From Neoechinorhynchus agilis (Eukaryota > Animalia > Acanthocephala), in contig CM121342.1 in assembly GCA_051530055.1 (NCBI GenBank), forward strand, positions 13,779,480-13,843,479: a stretch of DNA of 64,000 nucleotides. Reading direction: 5' to 3'. Numbering within the stretch: the first letter of the stretch is position 1; each line of letters opens with the position of its first letter. The translations under genes were made by a program, and so were the position numbers. Below the pieces are notes generated by a model that saw only the letters and a program-made list of their open reading frames with translations, was not told the DNA's origin and ran no database searches. This document shows, in pieces, positions 12,010 to 24,500 of this stretch.

Positions 12010-12024
12010 TTTTCTTCGGCAACA

Positions 12025-12061
12025 CTCCTGACGAAGACGCAAGGCGTCGAAAATTTGAAGC
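12025..12061 (+). ncRNA. Minimal type I hammerhead ribozyme motif (inverted copy)
   Basis: CTC-CTGACGA-A-GACGC-AAG-GCGTC-GAA-AATT-T-GAAGC; stem I partly mismatched. Confidence 0.75.
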
Positions 12062-12689
12062 AATAAACAAATAAAACACCCATTTTCCGTTCGATAATAA
12101 ATCTGGAACTTCTAAATGGGTTAAGGATGTTCAAGACGTTGCGCTTCCTTTTCAAATTTCAAGCCATAACAGTTCACAACTATAACGATAAGCTGATCTG
12201 ATATCCAAAGCAGATGTTTACCGAATCAAGAATTTCCTTTTACTAGAGAGAATATCTCACTTTTGACCTCAAGCGAAACCACCTTTGTCCATTTTGCGGT
12301 TAGAAAACGCATTATTATATAAAGTTCATGTATTTGACTGTTGTATGGTACACCTCCACCAAATAAATGTAGTTGGCAAAAAATATATTCGGATAATTGA
12401 CGTTTCACTGTATTTAAATTATTCGGATAAAATTATTTATTTAGCAATCCACCGCTTAGAAGAAATGCCACTATGTTTAATAAATGTTCGTACGTGTATC
12501 CATTTTAAATACCTATATGGCTCAATCAGTTTTTAGCGATAGAAATCTTACTGACGTTTTCAGACTTTTAATGTCCTTTTAAACTCTCGTGACTTTCCAA
12601 AGAAGCAGCTCATTTCGATCACTGCAGGTAATATCATTCATGAAAGGACTTAAAAGGTGAGCTAAAACACAATGACTTTTTGGGACGCT

Positions 12690-12970
12690 AAAAATGGGTT
12701 GGGGAACGAACTTAAGCAACAGGAGCTGCAGAAGAGCTTAGAGATCTATATAGACAGAGGTTAGCGAGCAGTGGAATGGATGGTAGAACGAAGGGCAAAA
12801 GGTTGAAATGATGGAGAGCGTCGGTGACGAGAATAAAAGGTGAAGTAAAAGATTGATTCAAAGGAGATTAGAGAGGGGAGTTGAAGGAAATAGAAGTTTT
12901 TTAAGGAATAAATGGGGGGGGGGCGTTGGATGAAGTAGAAGGGAATTGTGAAAGAAATTAGCATTCAGTT
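12690..12970 (-). mobile_element. Probable decayed LINE fragment
   Basis: Strong strand skew (C/T-rich on minus), like the LINE-type fragments at 26530 and 40500; no clean motif. Confidence 0.3.
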
Positions 12971-13417
12971 TTAGGCTCCTATGAATAATTGTTCTTCTTT
13001 ATTATCAAAACAATTGATCCAGGAAATTATAAGATCATCTAAATTTATGGATTGTTTTAATAACTTTTGGCTTTTTATAGCGCTTCAATTCCATGTTGAA
13101 AAAAAACAGCGCAGTGTGAAACTTGAGGAATTTTAATGATGTGCAAGTTTTTGGCACTGCGCGGTTTGTTCTTAATGCATGAGCTTGATAATAATATGAA
13201 GGTTAAAGGTCACTTTATCAAGATGAAATTACATAATAATTATTGTGTAGGAAATTTAGTCTACTTGAAATCAGGTCGCCTAGAAGATTTGTGGCATTTG
13301 AAGGCGGCGTTGCAAATGCAAATTTCCAAACTAAAGGTCGAGACAAAAGATTGTTTTTTAGCATGGCTTTCGGGCATTCTAATCTCTTTTTTTATTTACA
13401 AGCACATTGTGCTAGGT

Positions 13418-14205
13418 TTAATGACAAAAGATGAAATCGCTTGGTCCATTGAATTTGATGCATCTAATTTGAATTTTGCGAATTGGTTTCCCGTTTCCGG
13501 TTCGCATTCGTACAATATTTGACTGTTTCATGTTATTAAGGACACGGGGTGGCTGATACATTGAATTAAATTGCTGCTGGTAGAAGAACGATGGTTGTTG
13601 GTAGTTCCCTACGGTCCATGACATGTATTTATTATTGTTTTCTCCGTGTTCATGGTTGTTGAATTGATGGCACGAGTTGCGTTCTCTGGATTTTGAATGG
13701 TGCTGAGCTGAACGCTTAGTATTGCTGTATTCGAACGCGGGTAAACTTCGATGACCTCTTAAACTGTCATAGTATAGACGAGTATGTCTTCGTTTTACTT
13801 TTCGTCTGCACTTTCCTGTCGTCGTCATTTCAGTGCATTCGGTTGAACTTGATTTTATGTCCGGAGAGGTGAATCGATCGTATTGATGCTCGGGTTCTTC
13901 GATGAGCTGAGCACGCACAACCGAATCCTCGCTTCGTTTGGTTTGAAGCAAGAAACTCTTTACGCGAGTAATTTGGCTCAGAATTCTGGTAAGTTTTAGT
14001 TTGTCTTGTGCAGCCGACTCCTGGAGTTGTTCGTTGCTTGATATCCCTGAATCCTAACGGACGGGATAATCGGTCCACAATCGAGTAAGAAGATTAAACT
14101 AACCTCGAGTGCGCTTTGATACGAGTCACAAATATCGCAAATGGATTGAAACGCTTCTTTGTTATTTGTGGTACCATTCACGGTCTTGGTGGTGGTGGTG
14201 GTCAT
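13418..14205 (-). CDS. Hypothetical protein, 2 exons (about 245 aa), low-complexity N/Q/R-rich
   Basis: Exon 1 MTTTTTKTVNG...SALE, short GT-AG intron (gttagt...ccgttag), exon 2 DSGISSNEQLQES... in frame with ORF 13418-13951. Confidence 0.55.
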
Positions 14206-17200
14206 CTAAACATGCAAACGAACAGAGGACGGTTGTGGACGAGAAGATTGTATCGACGGAGTTACTTTAAGAACTGAAACTGGTTACAGTGAGAACAAAG
14301 AATTTTCTGTTAAGGTCAGAACGCACGAATGCAGTAGATGACATTCCGAGACTGATACGGGAAATTATGTAATCAATATTGGGACAATGACCCCGTCTTG
14401 AGAGAACAAAACTGTACACTGAGTTAGTCTAAATGAAGACTTGACAGGAGTGGACGTAAGAGTCGTGAGTTTTTTTATATTTGAGGTACACTCGGTCGAG
14501 GTGGTGACCCGTTTGCGAGACTGAGGGGACAACATGTGGTCCCGAGACTGATGGATCGAAGTAGACGGCTGTTGGAATGAGAGAAAGGAGACGCACGACT
14601 AACATATTAAGAAAGCCCTCTCTTTATATAAGTGTCTCAGTTCAAATCGGAGAGAGACGACGACTTTTGTCTTCTCGATATTATTAAATACGGTAGCACC
14701 GATCGAAGCGACCGAAAACAATCGTCAGTGCACACATTAAGGACCGGATTACGGAACGAGTGGCGACAGGTGTGCGACTGGGAATGTTACCGCTTAGTTT
14801 GGTCCGTTTAGACCACCCAAACTGCTTTCTCTATCTTATAAAAATAGACAAATATACTAATCGGCAGGTCAGTGTAGAACGCCAGAGAGGGAAAAGCAAT
14901 ATAGATACTATTTTCGGATTATGTTTATGCTTAAGAATCTTTTCCTATAGTCATAAGGAGCATGGCATAATTCACTTTTCCTGCTCTCCCAATGGAAATG
15001 GGTCGGTTTTTTGCTACGTTTCTAGTGTTGCAGTTACACATCTGGAGCCAGAATGTTATTAGACTACAAAAATCAATTAGGAAATAGTATTCCTTATTCT
15101 GATCACTACGATAAAATTAAAGACAATAGGAAATTCGCAGAAACCAATCTTTAAAGTTAAAATAGAGAAATCCAAGAATCACATTTAATCGTTTCAAAAA
15201 CACAACTTGTATGTTTCATTTAATTCATGAAGTTCCCAACCATTTACGACATTCAAATTTAGTTATTTACGGAATAATTTTTATGAACGCTTAAATTAGC
15301 TATAGGTTAAAAAATATTTCAACAGAGAAAACAAAAGTTCAACTGTAGTCCGTTATTCTATTTAGAAAAAATAAGAAAAGTAATTCTTCTATTAAAACAC
15401 GTGACCCACAGATTTTTCGATAAACAATTATCTTTAGTAACCTGAAGTTCTCTAAAATACGATCCATAAATGATTTATATTCTCGAATGGTGTTTGGCTG
15501 ATCATACGGATCTCTGCGTTAAGGATTGAATGTGAACTAATTAATTTTCCTAAAAAAGAGTTGATAACGGACATAATGAATGACCCTAATCGCCTATTAT
15601 CAAATGTTATTTTCAGCCCCCATGAAGCAAAAACATTTAGATGAATCCATCATTATTGTCAGTGATTGTTGTAACGTAACGAGGTTGACAGGAATGTCTT
15701 GTTAGATTAATGATGTTCTAGTCAGTCTTGATTCGCTTCATTACGTCCATTGGTTAAAAATCAATAACATTTTTGTTACTGTTGACTTCACGATGTACCT
15801 ATTTCTAGTACTACAGATTAAGCTGCTTAGCTTCAAGTTACTGTTATTTGGCTGGAAACTACAAGAATGAAAATTTTGGATAAAACCAGAAATTTAATGA
15901 AGCTACTCGTACTGGATCAAAAATTACTTCTGCCTGAAGCTTGCTTAAGGTAGGAAATGGGATGTGTATTAACTTGGGCTAAAGTGGGATCCATTGGGTA
16001 CAAAAATATTTGCTGTCTCATCTTACAGACATAATCTGTCAAGATGGCTATTAAGACCTAAATCAAGAACTAGAAAAGGCCACGGGTTCTTAAACTTGGA
16101 CATAGCAACAAATATGCTTAAAAAATAACCAGTCGCTTTTTATAATACAAGTGTGAACCGATATATTAAGCGCATTTCCAGTTTTATACATCTTAGCTGG
16201 ATTTGCAATCGTCGCTGTAAAATATTATTATTTTTATCAAATATTGATGAATACTTCAAGGAATTACGTGGCGTACTCAAGGGGTAACTATGAAAATTTC
16301 AATCAGCGTAAGGAAAACGGGTTTAAAAATCGATATTAAAGCCAGAATAATCGATAGGTCGACCAACTTCTAAAAGGGAAATTATTTGTCACGTACAAAC
16401 CACTAATTTCGGCATTCCGCGCAAGAGAAGTCAAGCAAAGATTTGGTACAAAGGCAAAATAGCAATCAGATTTTGTACGGGTGGAATCCAAAAAATGCGA
16501 TTGATTTTGTTATTAGGAAATCGGCACCATTTTTACACAGAAATTCCTCTTTTTGACAATATTATCATCCATCTATTGGAAAATCACTATTACAAATAGT
16601 TTTGAAACGCACAAATACTGCTGTAGACACATTCTAAGCGTTACTCACGATGCTCTTACAAGACTCATAAACGCAGTGTCGATGCTGCGAATGCTATGGC
16701 TTACCTGTTTGAATTTTACGAGGACATTGACATGACGTCCTCGTGAAGATGGTAAATGAAAAGTTTTTGTGAAAATATCATCTCTCTCCCCTATACGATC
16801 TTGGTTGTCTCGTGGATGGCAAAATGAGGAAGAGTACTTGTAGCCTAGTCTCAAGATGGTTCATGTTTGCATGATTGAGTGTGCGTGATGCTAGAAATTG
16901 TTTAGCAGGGCGGAGAGGTCCCTACCAAGGTCGAGTGAAAGCGATGCGTCGAAACTCGGATAAGTGCTATTGGGTATACGTTTGCACCAGAAAAATAGGG
17001 AAATTAGAGATTTAACGAAGTTTAAAAATGTATTAATTGGCGGGCCTTGCATAGTAGAGCGTACTCTGAATCGTTACTTGTGAAAGAGAATTCCGAAATC
17101 TGGCTGTGAAAGCCTTTAATAGTGCATGTAGATATGACGAGATAGCAATCAGTGCCATGATGACTCAACCGGAAATCACACGGATATTCGAACGTAATTA

Positions 17201-18889
17201 CCTTTAAAGTACTTTTGCGCTTGAAACGCATACGCGCCATGAAGGCGATTTTAATCATAAGGGGAACCTCTTAAAGGTATACCATAAAATCTGTAGAATG
17301 AACGAATCGATTCGGTCCGCATAAATAGAATGTTCTCCGTTTCTGACAGGATATTTGCACTGCATTTTTTCGCTAGATCCTTGGCGCGGACGTGTGGAGA
17401 GTGGAAACGATCAAATGTACCAAGATCGTTGAGTAATAATAGTCTATCATACATGCCAAATGTCATCAGGGGGCCGGTTGCGCGACTTGGAGTTCTAGAG
17501 AGCCCAAAATGAAGGATTTTTATGTCAAGGTCGATTTGGACGGTGGAATGTGGTATTTTTTCTCAGTCAATTAGTAGTCTTTTACTTAAATGGTGAAAGG
17601 TTTGTGCATGTGGAGCAAGTACTCTATTGACACATTTAAAATCTTGTTGAGTCTTGAACTGTTGTCACTTTGTGCATAGAAAAGGGTTATATCGAAACAA
17701 ATTAAAGATTTATAAAGCCACAAGAAACCGTTATTGCAGGTGAAATCAGCGTCGAAAGGAGATCTAGAAAAGTTTATAGACTTTACAATTCAAATTAAAA
17801 ATTAGACGAATTCTATAATTTAAAGAATAACCCAGCCGGAAATTGAGGTGCGATTATCAGTATTGGTGTAACACGGGAAGATCTCTTTTAGAACATATTC
17901 GGAGATAAATGTATTTATGGACGGTACTGCAAACATTTGCGTTTTGCAAATAGTACTATATGATATCTTTTTTAAATTTCAATAAAATTATAATTTCTAA
18001 GGTATCTGCGCCCTCACCGATTGGTGGCATTAAAAGGGACCATTTTCCGATTAAATTTAATTCGTGATGCTCATTTCTCCAACTGTAGTAGGGTATCTTG
18101 AAGGCAGTAAAATATCGCAGAAGCTGTTGACCAGAAAAACTATAGTTCATAACTGGTTTAAACTAATTTTCGTTTCAAATCAACTGTGCAAGAATAGATG
18201 CTAATAAAGAATTTATTCGGTAATTATCAGCGAAATTGGAATTTCGATCTTACCGTGTATATTGTTAAATGTCGTCTATATTCGCATCCACCTGGAATAG
18301 CTAAGTGGCAAGAAAGCAAACAGTTAGATCTTTTTGGTGCCTGGCTCGTAATTATTTCATTTCTAATGAAGAAATTTGCTGTTCCATTTAATGATGCTGT
18401 GGCGCTTTGATTGTTTTCTATTGTAATGACTCCGTTCGTTTCTAATTTCTTAGTTTTTCCTATTGTTAAAGATACCGACGACGTTTGCAGAGTATGAATT
18501 CTGATGGCGACTGAAAATAGTGGCGATGAATGCAAAAAAAAGAAGTGTCGATTCTGAACTTTCATCAAGATTGGAGCTGCTCACGATGACCAATCTGTAG
18601 GAATTTATTTTCAAGCAGATAGTATATCTAAATCTTTACATTTCTTATAGCTTATATCTTCTTTGCGCTAATTGAAGAAATAATTAATATCGCATGCTTA
18701 GTCCTCAAGTTCATCGACTGCCAATGGAACAGTCTAACCTCGATGTACTTACACGAAAATGACCTTATTAGGTCGTATATTTATATTCTCTTCGATAACA
18801 CAATTAAAAAATGATGTTTATATGTTAAAAGAAGTCATAATAAAAGAACTTACCCCAAATATCGATATTTGTTACTTGTAAAATTGAGC

Positions 18890-20955
18890 CTAACTACGTA
18901 TTCGGACTAATCAAATACCGAGGAAACGCCCAACGCTACCGGGAAACCAGGCCTAAATTCTGTTCATCAAATCACTACTTTGGGACAAGCAATTTCATTT
19001 GTACGGCAAACACATAATCCTTATCCGATGTCAAGGCCCGTTGACGCCGCAATGATACAATTGACGCAACCAGCCACGACAGCCCAACTACGTATTCAGA
19101 CCAATCAAATATCGAGGAAACGCACAAAGCTACCGGGGCACCAGGCCGGACACGGCTCTTTGTTTTCCCCAGACTATTACTTTCCGCTAGCGACAGTTCG
19201 GAGGAGTCCCTCACTGCGGTAATCAAAAGACACCGCGTATCCTTTGAGGAAAGTTTCTTGAGCATTCGTCGTTTAGCAAGACAGGATCCCAAACAACGTG
19301 CGAATGAGACTAACTGCCATCGAACATCTACGAGACCGCTTGCTGAGCGCGTATCTTCGAAACTCGTTGATGGAGATGTTCGGGGAGCTGTCCGTATTTT
19401 GTCCTCCTCTGACACATTTGCAAGTGATTCGCCCTCCACACTTCAGGGTTTAAGGTTGAAGCATCCGCAAAGTTCAACCAAAACAGAAATTTCTACATGT
19501 TCCGTCTCTCCACTTCGACAGTTGAACTGAGAATGACCATATCCTCCTTCGCCAATAGCTCTGGCCATGGCCTCGATGGACTTCGTCCTCAATACCTAAA
19601 GGATATGATGTCGTTCCCAGTTGGAGATGCAGGCCACTCCCTTGCTACCCATCTTAGTCGACCTTTTCATCGAAGAAAATTTACATCCGCTGGCAATTGA
19701 GTTATTTTTTGGCGCGTCTTTGTGCGCATTGAACAAAAAGACTGGTGGGATTCGTCGCATCGCCGTTAGCTCTGCTCTACATCGGCTCGCAGATAAAATC
19801 CTTTGCAAACGTATTGCAGAAGAGATAGGGCAGCAACTTCGCCCAGTCCAACTGGGATGCTGCACACCCTGCGGGTCCTAAGCCATTGTCCACGCACTCT
19901 GCCAGTTTATCACCAATAATTCAACGCCGTGTGTGATTTTGAAGTGTGACTTTACAAATGCCTTCAATTCTATTCACCGTACCGCTCTGTTTGAGGCACT
20001 CAAAAGTCACGCACCAGAAGCTTTTCCTTATTTTTCTCGACGCATACGGGACCCCCGACTCCTTTGCCGTTCAGCGACCACCTCATTTGGTCCGAAAAAG
20101 AGGAGTACAGCAGGGAGACCCTCTGGGTCCAATCGCTTTCTCCCTTGCAGTGAATCCAATAGCGCACTCTCTCCAGTCCAGCTTCAACGCTTCGTACCAT
20201 GATGACGCTACACTCAAAGGTGATCCCTCCGAAGTACTGCGCGATCTGGAGACACTCGCAAAGGAGACTGCGAGATTGGGCGTTGAGCTTAATGCAGGGA
20301 AATGCGAACGGTTGGTAATGAACATCGAAGACGAGTCAGCGCAGAGCAAAATCGTCAAAGGTTTCAGAAATCTGGCACCCGGTATAGAATTGATTACTCT
20401 AGACCGGCTGAGTCTTCTAGGGCGCTGCGTTTTTGATTCTAATGTGGAAAATGAAATCGACCATCTACTCCCTAACATCACGATGCTGTGCGATAGAGTC
20501 CGGGAACTTTCGTCACACGAGGCTCTATTCATGATCAAGAATACCCTCTTCATCCCGAAACTACTTTATAAACTGCGCACGGCTTCCTTCTTCAAGCACG
20601 TCGATAAGTTAAAGAAGCTCGATGACATTGTGAAGGTGTTTCTCGAGCACATCTTAAATATTCAGCTATCAGACGAGGTCTGGCGACAAGCATCATTGCC
20701 TACATCGTCCGGTGGCCTGGGTATTCGAAAAACAGTAGATGTGTCGTTGCCCGCGTTTTTAGGATCATTCCAAGGGAGTCGAGATCTGGTAAAACGTATA
20801 TTGGGACCCAATTTCTGTTTAGCGGACGAATTTCTGGTAGCGGTCAAGGAACAACCAAGTTCCCGTGAATGAAGCAGTCTTTCTGGGATAAATCTTTAGT
20901 CGCCCGAGCTCATAGTTCTCTAATTTCAGGCTCTCGCGACGAGGTTGACCGTACA
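18890..20955 (+). mobile_element. Degenerate CRE-clade-like non-LTR retrotransposon (RT region, frameshifted, 3' truncated)
   Basis: SKLVDGDVRGAVRIL, SGHGLDGLRPQYL, GASLCALNKKTGGIRRIAV, PVQLGC, DFTNAFNSIHR, GVQQGDPLGP, YHDD, WRQASLPTSSGGLG, QSFWD. About 60-bp imperfect tandem duplication at the 5' end (near 18895 and 19089). Confidence 0.88.
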
Positions 20956-21510
20956 TTTTATTGAATACATTTCAGTCATACAAAAAAATGGGCTTATTGC
21001 GCACCTGATAAATTGACGGGAACGTATGAGCTTTTCCGAAATCGAACTACTCTTCAGCAATAGCTTCGAATATTCATGTAAGCACTTAATGTAGATCGAT
21101 TGTTTTAGTGGTTTATTAACAATCAGATACTTTCTAATTTCGCCATAAGTAGATGATATTGATCAGATATTCAAAAGTGGGTGAAATTCTCCAAATTAAT
21201 AGATAGCGATTTCAGAGTCCGTGAATGTAACCTGAATTTTATTAGTTTTGGATAATATGTCAGATGTAATTAATTTACAGAGAATGTAAATCCAAAACAT
21301 CCGTCATCCATACACTGTTTAGCAAAGATAGATGCTGACAAGTGTGTGGATCCTGCATTTTTTACATAACTAAAACGTGTTTATAAGTCTCATAAAAGAA
21401 TCGTATTTAAACTTTTAACGCAGCAAATATTATTGACAATATTTTCAATCAATCGTTCAACGAGATTTACAGACGCACACTTGTAATAATGAGATCAATT
21501 TGCTGATTTG

Positions 21511-24500
21511 TTAGATAAAACTGGTAGGTTTAGACGGTTCTTCAATAGCGCTATGCGCAGCATCAATATTTTCCTCGCTGAGACGACCAAATCGATTTCC
21601 TCTATATTGTCGAATAATCCTGCGACACAACTTTGCATCCTCCCCTTCAGCGTTTTGATCGATCAAACTATTGGAGATGTCGGCTCCCGCGAAAATCGTC
21701 AGTTGAAGCGTCACAGCGTTCAGGCATTTTACAGAAGCTACAAAAATCTCTTGTAAAACACTTTTACTTAAATGGTCGCCTGCTTGCATGAAAAGTTCAT
21801 AAAATCGATGAAGATTGTTTGTCTCTATACAACCGATAATTGATTTTTGAACATTTTCGGGATTAGAAGGGCTAATAATCCATGATCTTTCTTCATATTT
21901 GTCGCGGATGTAATTTTGCTTACAAAGACAAGAGTCACGTGGAGCCGGTTTGTGGTCTAAGCATTTTCCTTGTTCCCAAACTGAATTCGCAAATGCGTTA
22001 CCAAAGGAAAGCATAACTTTCCTGAGTTCAAGCGGCCAATCGTCGAGTTCCAGACTCCTAACTCGGGATATATGTGTTCCTAAGTTACGATGAAGTCCAC
22101 TGCATTGGATACAAATTAGAATGCCGAGATTGACACTAGCCCATGTCGGATCTGGAGAACCGCAATCAGCACAATTCGCATTTCCTGGAATTTGTCGAAA
22201 CGCTCGGATGACATCTTCTCGGCCTTGTTGTGTATCCGTTTGACTTTTGACCTTAGCACTTTGGTTAGCACACAAAATAGATAAAATTTGATTTTGAATA
22301 ACCGAAACCCATTCGTCACGTTCTTCGACTGTCTTCGCCTCGAAAATCCATTGTTTATTGTCCATGGAGACGATCGTGAACATTGGGTTTTTCCCCCGAC
22401 GATTTAGTTTAAGTTCACTTAAACTACGACTTGTAGTTGCAGTCGAGGTGGATTGAACATTCTCACTAGCAGGTTCGGAGTATGAACAAAACGAGTGTTG
22501 TTCCTCGTTTTTCGGATTAAGATCAGCGCCTACGAGTGAGTTCGGGATCACAGTAGCCTGATCTATTGATTTCGCGGAGTAATTGCGTATTTTCGGTTGT
22601 AAACTGGGCATTGATAATCTGTTTGATTCGAGCAGTTTCCAAGGAGAAATAAACCCGTACGGGGTATTTGGGTCGTTGTCGAATTGAGTAGTTCTTTTTC
22701 GTCTTGTAACTTTAACACTTACACGTCTAAGGTCGATTTGTTTAGCTCGTGAATCTGATTGATAATGCTCAACGGATGGATAATATAGAAACGTTCCATT
22801 TGCAAGGAGAGCAACATACTTCTTTTTAAAATCTCGATTTCCAAGTCGCCTGGATTTCTTTATTAAAACGCCTTCTTTGATTGGAATGAGTCGACCACAT
22901 CCGATAGGTTTATTTTCGGTCGTTGATTTCCCCGCAGAATTGAACAGTCCGGATCTTCGTTTTAATCGATCAGACGACGCCTTTTTGAGACACGAAGGTC
23001 TGTGTGATTTAATCGTCGACGGTACCATATCCTCTTCTGTGGTCGGCGTTTCACTTGATTTATCCGGTTCGAAATTAACACAGAAAAATGGCGGTTGTAT
23101 TCGTTCAGAGGATTTCGATTTGTTCGCCTTAGATGCGGGGCTTTGCAAGAAACGGTTTCAGGACAAAAAGGAACGTGGATACGTGGATACGTGGAACTAC
23201 TTTAAAGAGGGAAAATGACAAGTGTGAAACTTCGAAATCGCGCAGTCTTAAAATTAGCTGTGTGACGATCACATTGCAACTACAATCTCGCCCTAAGAGG
23301 AATCGCTTTACTGAATTAGAAGACTTACCTCTTGCAATATGCTATCGGGTTCTCCGTTTATGGACAAAACCGGAGCTTGCAATCTCAATTCGGATGTTGG
23401 TACGGACGACGAAGAGGTTGTAGAGACCTGAAAAGCTTCAGTGTTACATAATAAATGCGGTGCATACAATCTTCGAGTAAAATTCTGCTCCACCGAACGA
23501 TGATTAATCTGCCGGAAATGTTCTATTTCCCCACGTGGATCACGAGATGTGAGATTGATACAGTTACCGCAAAATAATATATCACGCATTTTCCATTCGT
23601 CGCGATGGAGGGCACTTATGTGCGATAAAATGGATATGTGAGGTCTCGCTTGGAGAACACGTCGAAACACTCGAAAAAATAATCTAACCGATTAGGCAAT
23701 TTTGAAAAAAAATGAAAGGAAAAAGTTTGTATTAAAATTTAGTTTCCTTGGAGAAATAGTTAACATATTTTCCATTAAAACGAAGAAACCGTCGAAATGT
23801 ATAAAAAATATTATGTTAAATTTTTAGGCAATTCGACAGCTTTTATGAATCTAAACTTTTTATTTAGGTCGGTTGTCGACACCAGGGGGAAGAGATCATT
23901 AAAGACGGATGTATATTTCGACTGATATCTAATCAGTCATTTGATCAATTCAATCTAAAAAATTTTTTATAGGAATTTGTCACAAACAAACCAAATGATT
24001 TTTCGTTTTGACGCGCGGGAAACCGGTAACGAACAATCATTTGGTGTGTTTGTCGCGAATTCCTATAAAAAAATTAGATTGAATTGATCAAATGACTTAT
24101 TCAATCAACCTCGCACCTGCCTATACCTACGCTTATGGAGAGGCCAACCTTACAAGCGCTCCTGCGAGCTATAAACACCAATTCCCACCAGAACGGGCTT
24201 TCCAACCCAACCGGATATTCTCAATCGAACGGACACATTCTCCCCGAACGAACATCCCCCGACTGGATAGTTCCTATCCGAATAGACACCCCTCCGACCA
24301 GATATTACCACCCGAACGGCCATCCCTCGACTGGATGAACAATTGTGAAATTGAATGTTTATGAGAACCCAAATGTACATGGGTTCTCCTATTCTTTGTT
24401 TGTATTTTCAACAATAAACGTGTTATTATTATTATTATATTATCCCTCTTGGGCGTCGTCAAGCGATCTAAATAAAAAATATAGCCAACCACCGAATGCA

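Larger units (their letters stand above)
11631..12108 (-). mobile_element. Non-autonomous PLE/retrozyme-like element: tandem pLTRs plus inverted pLTR, flanked by an 11-bp direct repeat
   Basis: 135-bp direct repeats 11631-11765 and 11885-12019 (period 254); inverted copy to 12108; cttctaaatgg at 11620-11630 and 12109-12119; minus-strand peptide LERIKILEQRIIFL resembles the PLE N-terminus at 54192. Confidence 0.82.

Noticed and set aside
11635-12155. Overlapping ORFs of 65-143 aa
   Set aside because: Generated by the duplicated and inverted pLTR sequence; not host genes
14760-18568. Many short ORFs in an AT-rich interval
   Set aside because: No motifs, splice logic or repeats that I could support
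23129-23328. Apparent frame problem in AGAP
   Set aside because: Resolved by a canonical gtaagt...ctaag intron joining ILQE to ANKSKS
23895-23945. HHR-like string on the minus strand (CTGATTA...GTCGAAATAT), also near 32100
   Set aside because: G8 is altered and there is no proper stem II; better explained as a simple hairpin
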